From a virus (Duplodnaviria; Heunggongvirae; Uroviricota; Caudoviricetes): a stretch of DNA of 48,863 nucleotides. Of this stretch, positions 27,813 to 36,717 are shown in pieces (positions within the stretch are counted from its first letter, which is position 1; each line of letters begins with the position of its first letter). The notes under the pieces were generated by a model. The model did no database searches and was not told the origin of the DNA. It was given only the letters and a program-made list of their open reading frames with translations. The stretch is taken from IMG/VR virus record IMGVR_UViG_3300043009_000101; one strand, given 5' to 3'. The position numbers and the translations under genes are program-made.

Positions 27813-28342
27813 TTTTTTGTGGATTTGAACATGTCTGTGTAGATTTGTGTTAATTCTTCAACTTCTTCATCTGTCATTGTTCGTTCATGTGCGTCATGTG
27901 TATCTACGGTTCCAATATGAAAATCGTAGATTTGTCCGTTGCCAACAATCATAACTGTTGGCACATAAAAACGAAATTCGCCTGTATCTTCATCAAAATA
28001 CTCCGAAAAATCTAGGTCTGATTTATTCATATATTCTTGAATTTCGGATTTTAAGGCATCTGTTAACAGAGTTTCTCCGTTTTCATCTGTTATACAAATA
28101 TAATAGACTTTTACTCGTTCTTTTTTAGCTACTTCTTGCATTACGGGTGCTGCTTCCTTGCACCATGGGCAAGTTGGATAACCAAAGTAGAGAATAGATT
28201 TGGTGTCAGATTCAATTAGGTCTAGTCCTTCTTGAATAGATAAATCTGTGTTCCACTCGTAGTGATGATTTTGATTATATGTAAATCCGGCTGTAAAACC
28301 GAGAATTAGGGCAGCTAGAAATAGTGCTATTCTTTTTGGCAT
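27800..28342 (-). CDS. Exported thioredoxin-fold protein
   Basis: N-terminal hydrophobic signal; YFGYPTCPWC active site; cis-Pro-type VPT motif. Confidence 0.85.
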   Translation of the reverse strand: MPKRIALFLAALILGFTAGFTYNQNHHYEWNTDLSIQEGLDLIESDTKSILYFGYPTCPWCKEAAPVMQEVAKKERVKVYYICITDENGETLLTDALKSEIQEYMNKSDLDFSEYFDEDTGEFRFYVPTVMIVGNGQIYDFHIGTVDTHDAHERTMTDEEVEELTQIYTDMFKSTKKWRW

Positions 28343-28407
28343 AGTTTTTCCTCCTAGGGTTAGTGTAGCATGGAATAGGTTTTATTCCAAAAATATGGCG
28401 AGATGTA

Positions 28408-28440
28408 AAAAATAAAAGCACGGGTGTGCTTTTATTTTTT
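28408..28440 (-). terminator. Intrinsic terminator
   Basis: AATAAAAGCAC/GTGCTTTTATT stem with flanking A/T tracts after 28448. Confidence 0.7.
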
Positions 28441-28447
28441 TCTTTTG

Positions 28448-30805
28448 TTAGTTTTCTGTTTGTTCGTCAGGTTCTTGTACTATAGTAGATGGGCTTAGCA
28501 CTCCCATAGGGGAAATGTATGTGCTATTAAAATTAAAAGTATAAGTAACTTCTTTACTACAAGAGTCATTCGTATCCCCAGTTAAATAATAAGTAACTGT
28601 TTTTGTTATGTTATTGTCATCTGTGTACTGCCATGATATTTTGTTATCAACCTTTTGAGCATTATCATATGCGAGATTATTCTCATAATATAAAAATGGT
28701 AAATTATTTACATCTGTATCAAATTCTAAGTGTATTTCTTGTATATCAGGTAAACCAGCATCTGTACTGTTTACTTCAAAGATTACTTCCTCATATCTTG
28801 GGGCAGAATCTGTCCAGTAACCTTGTGTTACAGATTGCTCATATACAGATTGCTGGCTTACTAAATAAGCATTCACCATAGTTTTTATATCGTTCTGAAC
28901 ATCTTTTGAAACGACACCATTAGTACTCCTAAGCTTACCATTATTATCATAAGCCCAACTACCCCATACTGGTATATATTTAGTCTGGCAATATGTACCC
29001 TCTATACCCTCTGTATGTATCTCTTTTCGTGATAATGTACCAACATTAATTGTATTATCTTGTGTATCTGTTACAGATACAATTTGGTCTTTCTCAAAAT
29101 AAAAATAAGGCATATTTGCATTTTCAGAGTCTAGGTATCTGTAATACCGCAGTGTTACTTTAAATTTACCGTCAGTAGTTTTATCATACTTAAATGTATA
29201 ATATGCATAATGACAATTCCAAAATTCTGTACCCTCTGATATTGTTGCTACATTAAAAACAATATCTTCTGTAGCATACGTTTCTCCAGATTGCATATCA
29301 ATACTATTACTTTCTGCATTCGTACCACTAAAAGTAATTGTTCCTGCCTTTACAGTAACAACAGAATTAGTATCAGTTGTATCTGATATTGTTTCTTCTT
29401 TACTTGGTAGAGTGGAAGAGGTTTCTTCTTTACTTGGTAGAGTGGAAGAGGTTTCTTCTTTACTTGGTAGAGTGGAAGAGGTTTCCTCTTTACTTGGTAA
29501 AGTGGAAGAGGTTTCTTCTTTACTTGGTAGAGTGGAAGAGGTTTCTTCTTTACTTGGTAGAGTGGAAGAGGTTTCCTCTTTACTTGGTAAAGTGGAAGAG
29601 GTTTCTTCTTTACTTGGTAGAGTGGAAGAGGTTTCTTCTTTACTTGGTAGAGTGGAAGATGTTTTTTCCTTCTCTGTATCTGTACCTATTACAGTTGAAA
29701 TAAATGTAGTCAGCCAGTTAGAATTATCTGTGTCTGTTGCAGCTTCTTTATCTTCTGACTTATCTTTATCTTTATCCTTATCAGAATCTGTTTCCTCAAT
29801 ACCCAGCCTATCCTCAATGAAATCATTTACTGCTTCTTGGTCTTTATCCTGACTGGATTCCCGTTCTGCTAAGATATCTGCAATCTTATCTTGATAATCG
29901 CTGGCATAATCGTCATAATCATCGCCAAAAATTTCTTTTTGCAACTCCCGCTCTTCTTCAGTTAACGAATTACGAATTTTGGCTAATTCATCTTGCTTGG
30001 CTGCAAACTCTGCAGCGGTAAGGAACTCGCCTGATACAAAATCTTCACCAAAATTCAAAGTGGAACGGTCTACCGTAATATCATCCGCAGAAACTTTGGC
30101 TCTGGTTTCATCTGTTACAGGTGCATACCCGTAACGATTGATTGTCAGTTGTCTTGGATTGGACTGGGCTTCTTTATGGCTGATGATGTTCAAATAAACT
30201 TCTTTGACTTCTGTATTACCAGATGTGTCATAAGCCATGACATTCAGGACATAAGCACCTACCTTGGATAAGTCTAAATCGCCGTTGGCATCGGTCAAAA
30301 CATACGAAGCATCGGTATCATAATCGAAGATGTTGTAATAATCAAGCAATTCTTTCTCGCTCTTTAAGGCGGATTCCTCGACATAAAGAGTTAAGTATAA
30401 ATTGCGGAATTCTGGCGGAACATTGTCCGTTACGGAAACTAGAATCGGTTCCTCTTGGTCGCCTAATAGCATATCCACATCATATTTTCCCATGTAGAGA
30501 TACGGAAGATTTAAATCTGTGGCAACACAAGTGTCTTCATCATAATTATATTTTGTACTGTCATACAAGTCCGAATTTGCTATGGTCTTTGTTTTTGCTT
30601 TTGATGTCATTGTTGTAGCAAGCAATCTGTCTTTACCAACATTTGCTTCTTCGTAGCCTGCTTCGTAGCCAACATATGGACTTCTTACAAGCAAAACATT
30701 GAAGTTGAAAATGTACCACAATGACCCAAATAGAATAATAGCTGCCAAGGCAATAATAAGGACTATGCCTGAATACAAAACTTTGCTCTTGGTCTTTTTC
30801 TGCAT
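28448..30805 (-). CDS. Large surface protein: TM anchor, Ig-like domain, acidic region, 10-aa repeats, Tyr/Thr-rich C-terminal domain
   Basis: N-terminal hydrophobic helix; TDNVPPEF...GAYVLNVMAYD Ig-like motif; 9 x TSSTLPSKEE. Confidence 0.8.
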   Translation of the reverse strand: MQKKTKSKVLYSGIVLIIALAAIILFGSLWYIFNFNVLLVRSPYVGYEAGYEEANVGKDRLLATTMTSKAKTKTIANSDLYDSTKYNYDEDTCVATDLNLPYLYMGKYDVDMLLGDQEEPILVSVTDNVPPEFRNLYLTLYVEESALKSEKELLDYYNIFDYDTDASYVLTDANGDLDLSKVGAYVLNVMAYDTSGNTEVKEVYLNIISHKEAQSNPRQLTINRYGYAPVTDETRAKVSADDITVDRSTLNFGEDFVSGEFLTAAEFAAKQDELAKIRNSLTEEERELQKEIFGDDYDDYASDYQDKIADILAERESSQDKDQEAVNDFIEDRLGIEETDSDKDKDKDKSEDKEAATDTDNSNWLTTFISTVIGTDTEKEKTSSTLPSKEETSSTLPSKEETSSTLPSKEETSSTLPSKEETSSTLPSKEETSSTLPSKEETSSTLPSKEETSSTLPSKEETSSTLPSKEETISDTTDTNSVVTVKAGTITFSGTNAESNSIDMQSGETYATEDIVFNVATISEGTEFWNCHYAYYTFKYDKTTDGKFKVTLRYYRYLDSENANMPYFYFEKDQIVSVTDTQDNTINVGTLSRKEIHTEGIEGTYCQTKYIPVWGSWAYDNNGKLRSTNGVVSKDVQNDIKTMVNAYLVSQQSVYEQSVTQGYWTDSAPRYEEVIFEVNSTDAGLPDIQEIHLEFDTDVNNLPFLYYENNLAYDNAQKVDNKISWQYTDDNNITKTVTYYLTGDTNDSCSKEVTYTFNFNSTYISPMGVLSPSTIVQEPDEQTEN
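29391..29660 (-). repeat. 30-bp coding tandem repeat x9 (TSSTLPSKEE)
   Basis: Units start every 30 bp from 29391; synonymous variant units at 29481 and 29571. Confidence 0.95.
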
Positions 30806-30915
30806 AGTTTACTCCTTTGCTTTGTTTCACAAATTATATTATTTTTGTATGAATTTGTGGAATAAAGAATAGTAAAGTAGAAGTAAATAAAAACAAAGCC
30901 TGATGGTTTTGTTTT

Positions 30916-32000
30916 TTAGTTGGTTGTTGTTTCTTCTTGGTTAGAATCAGTTTCTGGGGTAGAGGTTGTGTCTGCATCAGTGGTTGTACTTGGTAATTCT
31001 TGAACATCCGTGCTGGATGCTGTAATAGTAATTGAAAAGAGTTCTATTTCTGATACATCCCCCGTAGGATTACTTGACTCCAGAAATACACCCTTTGAAC
31101 TATTATATGATTTAAGAACACCTATAACACTATAATCATTTGTATCATCTGCACCCGTAATTTCTGAAACAGTTAAAGTCTTTGTAGCACCCGCATTCAA
31201 ATAAATGGTAATTTCTTTTTTAATATAATGTTTATTTTCATCTGACCATTGATAAGGGAATTTTTCCATTAAATCCTTCCTAGTAAACACATCATCTAGT
31301 ATTAGACCATTGTATCCGCTTAGAATATATGCCTTTCCCGTAGCTTTCACCTCAGTTACTGCATTATATTCTTCCTGACTATCCGTATCCACATAATACA
31401 CACCGCCAGTATAGGTCTTGTCATTGATATTCTGCTTAGACAAAGGTGTTAATACATCAACTATCCCACCGTCTTCTTCTTTAATTAATTGTATAGCGGT
31501 AAACCAGTCACTGCCCTTGAAGTCAGTTTTAGATGCTATTCCTGTTAAATACCCTGTATCTCTAAATTCCAAAGTATAAACATAGTTATCCGTATCTGTG
31601 TCATAGACAACATTTTTAAATATAATGCTACTGTACTCCTTGAAATTATCTTTATACGTATCACTAACATCAGGTTCCTGTTCTAGTAATGTATACTCTG
31701 TACCTAGTGTCAAATCTGTTGTTTCACCATTGATTGTATAAGCTAGCTTAGGATAAGTCTTTGGTGTATCATCATCAGACGAATTACTATCAGACGAATT
31801 ACTATCAGACGAATTACTGTCAGACGAATTACTGTCAGACGAATTACTATCAGACGAATTACTATCAGACGAATTACTATCAGACGAATTACTATCAGAC
31901 GAATTACTATCAGACGAATTACTATCAGACGAATTACTATCGGACGAATTACTGTCAGACGAATTACTGTCAGATACATTAGTGCTTGCAGAGTTATTAC
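30916..32000 (-). pseudogene. 5'-truncated surface-protein gene abutting the right end of element 2
   Basis: Begins at the IS junction directly in a Ser/Asn linker with no signal or anchor; the track's MGLLLRNIGWFLFFCK start is IS right-end sequence. Confidence 0.7.
31775..31969 (-). repeat. 15-bp coding tandem repeat x13 (DSNSS)
   Basis: Unit TCAGACGAATTACTA on the plus strand; variants (GAC/GAT, TCT/TCC) are synonymous only in the DSNSS frame. Confidence 0.95.
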
Positions 32001-32222
32001 CGTAGCTATTTTTGCAGAAAAATAAGAACCACCCTATATTTCTTAACAAGAGCCCCACGGCTGGCTGACAGCTAATAGTAACTACAGCCTAATATTATTA
32101 ACCGTGGTTAATTATATTAAACTATAATCTAGCATGGCTTATATAAATCCTCTGGTCTATAAAAAGTTGTTAGATATTACCATTAGCTGGGTCTGTATAC
32201 AAGAGGAGTATCACCTTCATTT
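32001..32222 (-). ncRNA. Putative omega-RNA scaffold of element 2
   Basis: Stem CAGCTAATGGTAA/TTACTATTAGCTG is positionally equivalent to the element 1 stem but differs in sequence; the CCAGAGGATTT.TATAAGC block and terminal TAAGA/TCTTA hairpin are conserved. Confidence 0.6.
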
Positions 32223-33824
32223 CTATTTATACTCCTCTACATCAAATTGCTTTCCCATAGCTCGTAGAGCTATGGTCAAAGCAGCAGCTTGATGTACACT
32301 AATTTCATATTTAGGTGCATATAATTTTCTACCTATACGAGTAGTATATGCAGGAGATACAATGAAAAATCTTACATTATTTTTAGAACATGCAGATTCA
32401 AAGGCTTCTCTACATCTTCTAGTAGCAAAATTATGTAACATTCTATTCCTTGCTTTTCCATTTTTAGCTCTTTTCTTTTTTGTAAAGTCTAAATCTTCGA
32501 TAGCAATACCATAATTTAGTTCCTTAGCCTCTTTAACTAACTCACTAATATGAGTTAATAATCGTTCTTTATTCTTTGTTGAGCTGTCTTCCGTTGTAAA
32601 GAATAAATCTTTACTTCTTTCATATTCTTCCTTTTTGCTTAAATAAGTAGCACTAAGGAAACCGTCATTCATATCAACACCAATCATCCCAGATAATTTC
32701 GTGTTTTCAAAGTAAGTATCATCAATATAGGCATATTTCCTGTTTTTTAGGAATGCTTCCTCTTTATCTAAGGATTGGAACTCCCTAGAATTCGCTTTAA
32801 TAGTACGATTTCTTTGGAGAATTACATCTAGATACCAAGAATAGCCATCTTTAGCTCTCTTAAAGCGATATTGTACTGCTTGATTATTTAGCATTAAAAC
32901 CTCATTTAAGAAAGCACGATTGTAAGGTATTCTAATAATAAAATACCTAGCTTTTTTCATGTCATCTCGAAATATAGATAGACATCTCATAATAAAATAT
33001 TGATTATCAAATGAGCCCTCTTTAACAGAATAAAGTTTAATTAACCTATTTCCTTGAGCTTCATCTTGAGAACCACCAAATACAATGCATCTATCTCTTC
33101 TCAATCGCCATTTTTCTAACCATTTTGCATGATTGTACTTATAGTTAGAATTTTGCTTTTTAAAGAAATACCAACCACCAAAACAATAATGTTTTATAAT
33201 TTTAGTGTTCACTTCTTTTTCTAATGCTTGCAACTCATATTGTTTTTTTATTATAGCTTGCTTTTTCCAATAGAGAGCCTTTTTTAAGTGTGCATTTTGA
33301 ATACAAGCATCCTTAGGTGGATACAACCAATTTCTAACAGATAAATTGTATTCTATCCTTTTATTTTCCAGTTCTGCATATTCCTTCTTTAGTACTTCAA
33401 GTCTTGCTTTCAAATCTACAATTCTCTTTTTAGTACTTTCAAAATGAGCATCTCTGTATTTTTCTGCTTCTGATATAGCATCATATGCTACAGAAACTTT
33501 GATACCCAACCTATCTGCTAATACTTTTCTATATTGAGTTTTGGAAACTGCTTTTCCTTTATTACAATGTGAAAAAGCTATACGAACAGCTTCACCATAG
33601 ACAGCTGATGATTTATCCAAATACCTAGTTAATTCGTTGTAATTATCCTCAGAATTCAACTGAGTTAATAACTCTTTTTCTGAAATTCCGGGTACATTGA
33701 AAGGTATTTTAGTAATTTTGGATTTCTTCATAGCAAATTTATCTAATCTACCAGAAGTAGTAAATGTAATATCTTTCATAAAATTTTCCACAGCACCACA
33801 CCATGGTATTTTAAAATCTGCCAT
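32223..33824 (-). CDS. tnpB: Large TnpB-related RuvC protein (533 aa), no zinc finger
   Basis: GVDMND, IEDLDF, VSPAYTT, HQAAALTIA; collinear with 12336..13994. Confidence 0.8.
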   Translation of the reverse strand: MADFKIPWCGAVENFMKDITFTTSGRLDKFAMKKSKITKIPFNVPGISEKELLTQLNSEDNYNELTRYLDKSSAVYGEAVRIAFSHCNKGKAVSKTQYRKVLADRLGIKVSVAYDAISEAEKYRDAHFESTKKRIVDLKARLEVLKKEYAELENKRIEYNLSVRNWLYPPKDACIQNAHLKKALYWKKQAIIKKQYELQALEKEVNTKIIKHYCFGGWYFFKKQNSNYKYNHAKWLEKWRLRRDRCIVFGGSQDEAQGNRLIKLYSVKEGSFDNQYFIMRCLSIFRDDMKKARYFIIRIPYNRAFLNEVLMLNNQAVQYRFKRAKDGYSWYLDVILQRNRTIKANSREFQSLDKEEAFLKNRKYAYIDDTYFENTKLSGMIGVDMNDGFLSATYLSKKEEYERSKDLFFTTEDSSTKNKERLLTHISELVKEAKELNYGIAIEDLDFTKKKRAKNGKARNRMLHNFATRRCREAFESACSKNNVRFFIVSPAYTTRIGRKLYAPKYEISVHQAAALTIALRAMGKQFDVEEYK

Positions 33825-33843
33825 TTATAGAAGCCTCCTTACT

Positions 33844-34515
33844 CTAAACTTCTTCTGTAAATACCTCATCAATTTTGTCTTTGAGTTTCTTAGCATCTTT
33901 TTTGGTATCTTGCTTTCTTAAGCGATATAATTTACCAGAAAAAGAAGCTATTAAAGACATCATATCTTCTACAAGTTCTTCTTGATTCGTTTTTACAAAA
34001 TCATCTTTTACTAAAACAATCTTTACATTGAATACTGCAAAATATCTAACAAGATATTCATAGCCAAAGCGGGTTAGTCTATCTTTGTAAGTAATAAATA
34101 CCCGATTTACTTCATTGTTCTCAATCATCTTAAAGAGTTTTAGTAAATTCTTTCTTTTCTGATTTAAACCAGAACCCACATCTTTTAGAATAACTGGTGA
34201 ATATAACTTGTAATCTGTTGTATTCTCTAAAATATAGAGAACTTGTCTATCTAAATCACCGTCATTCTTCTGCTTTTGAGATGAAACCCTAGCATAGATA
34301 ACATCTTTCTTTGTACAGTCTTCTAAGTAAAGACCTCGTTCTTTACCTAATCGTATGATTTCTTTTTTAGGTACATAGTTTCTATTATTTATGCTTACTG
34401 ATTCTATTTTACCATTATGAGTCCAGTTGTAAAGAGTTCTTTGTTCTATACCTAACAGTTTTCTAACATCAGCGGGCTTATAAAACTCTTTCTTTAAATC
34501 AAAATCACTAAACAT
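33844..34515 (-). CDS. tnpA: IS607-family transposase
   Basis: Close paralog of 14016..14669; start ATG 34515 after GAGAGG. Confidence 0.92.
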   Translation of the reverse strand: MFSDFDLKKEFYKPADVRKLLGIEQRTLYNWTHNGKIESVSINNRNYVPKKEIIRLGKERGLYLEDCTKKDVIYARVSSQKQKNDGDLDRQVLYILENTTDYKLYSPVILKDVGSGLNQKRKNLLKLFKMIENNEVNRVFITYKDRLTRFGYEYLVRYFAVFNVKIVLVKDDFVKTNQEELVEDMMSLIASFSGKLYRLRKQDTKKDAKKLKDKIDEVFTEEV

Positions 34516-34540
34516 ATGTTTACCTCTCAATCTTGATTAC

Positions 34541-34569
34541 AGTATACATTAGCTTAGCGATTTTGTCAA
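34541..34569 (-). promoter_or_regulatory. SigmaA promoter in the left end of element 2
   Basis: TTGACA-17 nt-TATACT. Confidence 0.75.
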
Positions 34570-35528
34570 ATATTTATTTCATTTTTAGAAGAATTTCTAT
34601 GAATTCTTGAAAATTGGCTACTGTGGTCTACCCTTGCATCTGAATAAGTACCGTCTAAGAGCCTCCTTCCCGGATGTACATTATTATGAGAGCCTATATT
34701 TCCATTATTCATAGTTCTTGCTGGTGCTGGTGCATTCCATTTCATACGCTTGTAAGTATTATGAAAGCCTTTTATACGAGTACCATCTGCCTTTTTAGGA
34801 TAATATACTTCATTGGTCATAGCACTACAGCCTTCAGCAGTATGTTTCATACATTCAATTTCACGAGCATTATGTTTCTTTGCATTATGATATTTAATAT
34901 TGGATGTTTCACCAGCTTCTAAGCTAGGCAAATCTCCTATTGCTTCTTGCAAAGTAATCTCTTTTTGTACCTCTGGCCATCCCCAGAGCAAACCTTTTTT
35001 ATAAAGTTTTATAATTGCCCTTGGTCTACTCTGTGGCACACCATAATCCTTAGCATTTAACACCTTAGCCTCTACAATGTACTTAGATGCATACTTATCT
35101 CTTAGTATATCTTCCAAAGTAGAAAAACCATTTTTATATGGAAAAAACATGGTTAAAAACCGAGGTACATTTTCTATTAGAATATAATTAAAATCCTTAT
35201 TATCAATTACATCCAAAATATCGAATACCAGATAATTTCTAGGGTCGGATTGCATTTGAGACAATTTTTTATTCACACCTAATGTGCTCACACCTTGGCA
35301 TGGAGGTGTTGCAATTAAAAACTCAACATCTTGCTCAATACTACTGAGAAAAATTTCTTTTGTTTTACGAATATCTCCAACAATCATTTTCACGTCAGGG
35401 TACATTTTCGAATAAAATTCAGCCCTCTTCTGTAGCAACTCACTAGCCACAACAATATCAATGTTGGCCTTCTTAAAATATGTTTCTGCAATTCCTGCAC
35501 TTGAAAACATGGAAGCTCCTTTAATCAT
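34566..35528 (-). pseudogene. C5-cytosine DNA methyltransferase (second of a tandem pair), C-terminally truncated by element 2
   Basis: Motif I FSSAGIAE, IV PPCQG, VI ENV, VIII PQSRPR. Native sequence stops at ...SDARV (34629); about 52 aa present in the paralog, including motif X GEAIPP, are missing. Confidence 0.85.
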
Positions 35529-36591
35529 CGTTTTCACCAATTCCTTTCACAATATTATATGCAAGCATAGGCGGTATAGCTTCACCTATAATTTGCCTAA
35601 CAAATGTATCAGTACACCACTCGGGTACATTCCAATCTTCTGGTAAAGATTCAACAATAAATAATTCTTTTAATGTCAATGCCCTTGCATCCGAATATGT
35701 TCCATCTGGTAATTTTCTACCCGGATGTACATTCTCTTGGGAAGATATAGCATCACTTCTCATTGTTACAGCAGGTGCGGGTGTATCCCACCGCATTCTT
35801 TTATAGGTAGAATTAAATCCTTTAATTCTACTACCGTCTTTTTTAATTGGATAATACTCTGTATTATCAAATGCAGAACAACCTGTTGGTGTATGTTTCA
35901 TCCATAGGATATGCTTAGCCATATGCTTTCTTGCACTATGATATGGTATATTCGAAGTTTCCCCTGCTTCCAAGCTAGGCAAATACCCAATAGCTTCTCT
36001 CAAAGTAATTTCTTTCTGAATTTGTGGCCATAACCAAGTTAAGCCCTTCTTATATAATTTTACAATAGCCCTTGGTCTACTCTGTGGCACACCATAATCT
36101 TTTGCATTTAGTACCTTGGTTTCAATCGCATAAGTATCTGCATACTTATCCTGTAATATCTCTTGAATTGTTTTCAACTCATCTTTATAGGGTAATAATA
36201 CTTTCAAAAAACCCGGAACATTTTCTATTAAGATATAGTCAAAGTCAGCAGCATCTATTACATTTAAAACATCGAAAATCAAATAATTTCTAGGGTCTTT
36301 CATCCTAGAATCCAAGTCCTTATTTTTACCTAAATTGCTGACCCCTTGACATGGTGGTGTTGCAACTAAGAACTTAACATCCTCTGTTATACCATTCAAA
36401 AACTCAGATTTAATACTCTCTTGTCGTATATCACCGACTATCATATGAGTATTAGGATACATTTCTTGATAAAATTTACCTCTCTTAGCTAATAACTCGT
36501 TAGCAACAACAATATCTATACCTGCTCTCTTAAAATATGTTTCACCAATTCCCGCACTAGCGAACATAGATGCACCTTTCACAATAATCAC
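35521..36591 (-). CDS. C5-cytosine DNA methyltransferase (first of pair; resembles HgaI-type M1/M2 enzymes)
   Basis: FASAGIGE, PPCQG, ENVP, PQSRPR, TRD NVHPGR..DGTYSDAR, motif X GEAIPP. Confidence 0.9.
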   Translation of the reverse strand: MIIVKGASMFASAGIGETYFKRAGIDIVVANELLAKRGKFYQEMYPNTHMIVGDIRQESIKSEFLNGITEDVKFLVATPPCQGVSNLGKNKDLDSRMKDPRNYLIFDVLNVIDAADFDYILIENVPGFLKVLLPYKDELKTIQEILQDKYADTYAIETKVLNAKDYGVPQSRPRAIVKLYKKGLTWLWPQIQKEITLREAIGYLPSLEAGETSNIPYHSARKHMAKHILWMKHTPTGCSAFDNTEYYPIKKDGSRIKGFNSTYKRMRWDTPAPAVTMRSDAISSQENVHPGRKLPDGTYSDARALTLKELFIVESLPEDWNVPEWCTDTFVRQIIGEAIPPMLAYNIVKGIGENDD

Positions 36592-36717
36592 CTCATTTAT
36601 GCTAGTATGGAAATAATATAAACTAGCAAAATATTTTCTACATCTAGTATATCGTAAAACAACTATCTTTCAAAAAAAGGGTGTGGTTTAACAGTCGCCA
36701 AAATAAGAGGAAGATTA

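Larger units (their letters stand above)
31998..34631 (-). mobile_element. IS607-family element 2 (tnpA + tnpB-like), bounded by GTA cores
   Basis: Left end GTA|GACCACAGTAGCCAATTTT and right end GGTTCTTATTTTTCTGCAAAAATAGCTACG|GTA; same layout as element 1. Confidence 0.82.

Noticed and set aside
29391-31969. Tandem repeats as CRISPR arrays or DGR template/variable repeats
   Set aside because: No spacers, in-frame coding, no reverse transcriptase and no adenine-specific variation.
29377-31982. Alternative-frame repeat ORFs (29377, 29412, 31743, 31761)
   Set aside because: Shadows of coding repeats; repeat variants are synonymous only in the long minus-strand ORFs.
31950-32000. Right flank of element 2 as the true continuation of the truncated MTase
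   Set aside because: Similarity lasts about 10 residues and partly arises from the repeat unit; no LP..W..P or motif X follows, and the DSNSS frame is the one under synonymous constraint. Not fully excluded for the first 25 nt.
10843-32072. Shared k-mers AGCCCCACGG and GGCTGACAG between the 10.85-kb hairpin and the element 2 right end
   Set aside because: Different spacing and absent from element 1; probably chance.
12336-33824. TnpB-like proteins as Cas12 effectors for the mini-array
   Set aside because: They lie inside IS607 elements with their own right-end RNAs, and the array's repeat and crRNA geometry are type I-E, not type V.
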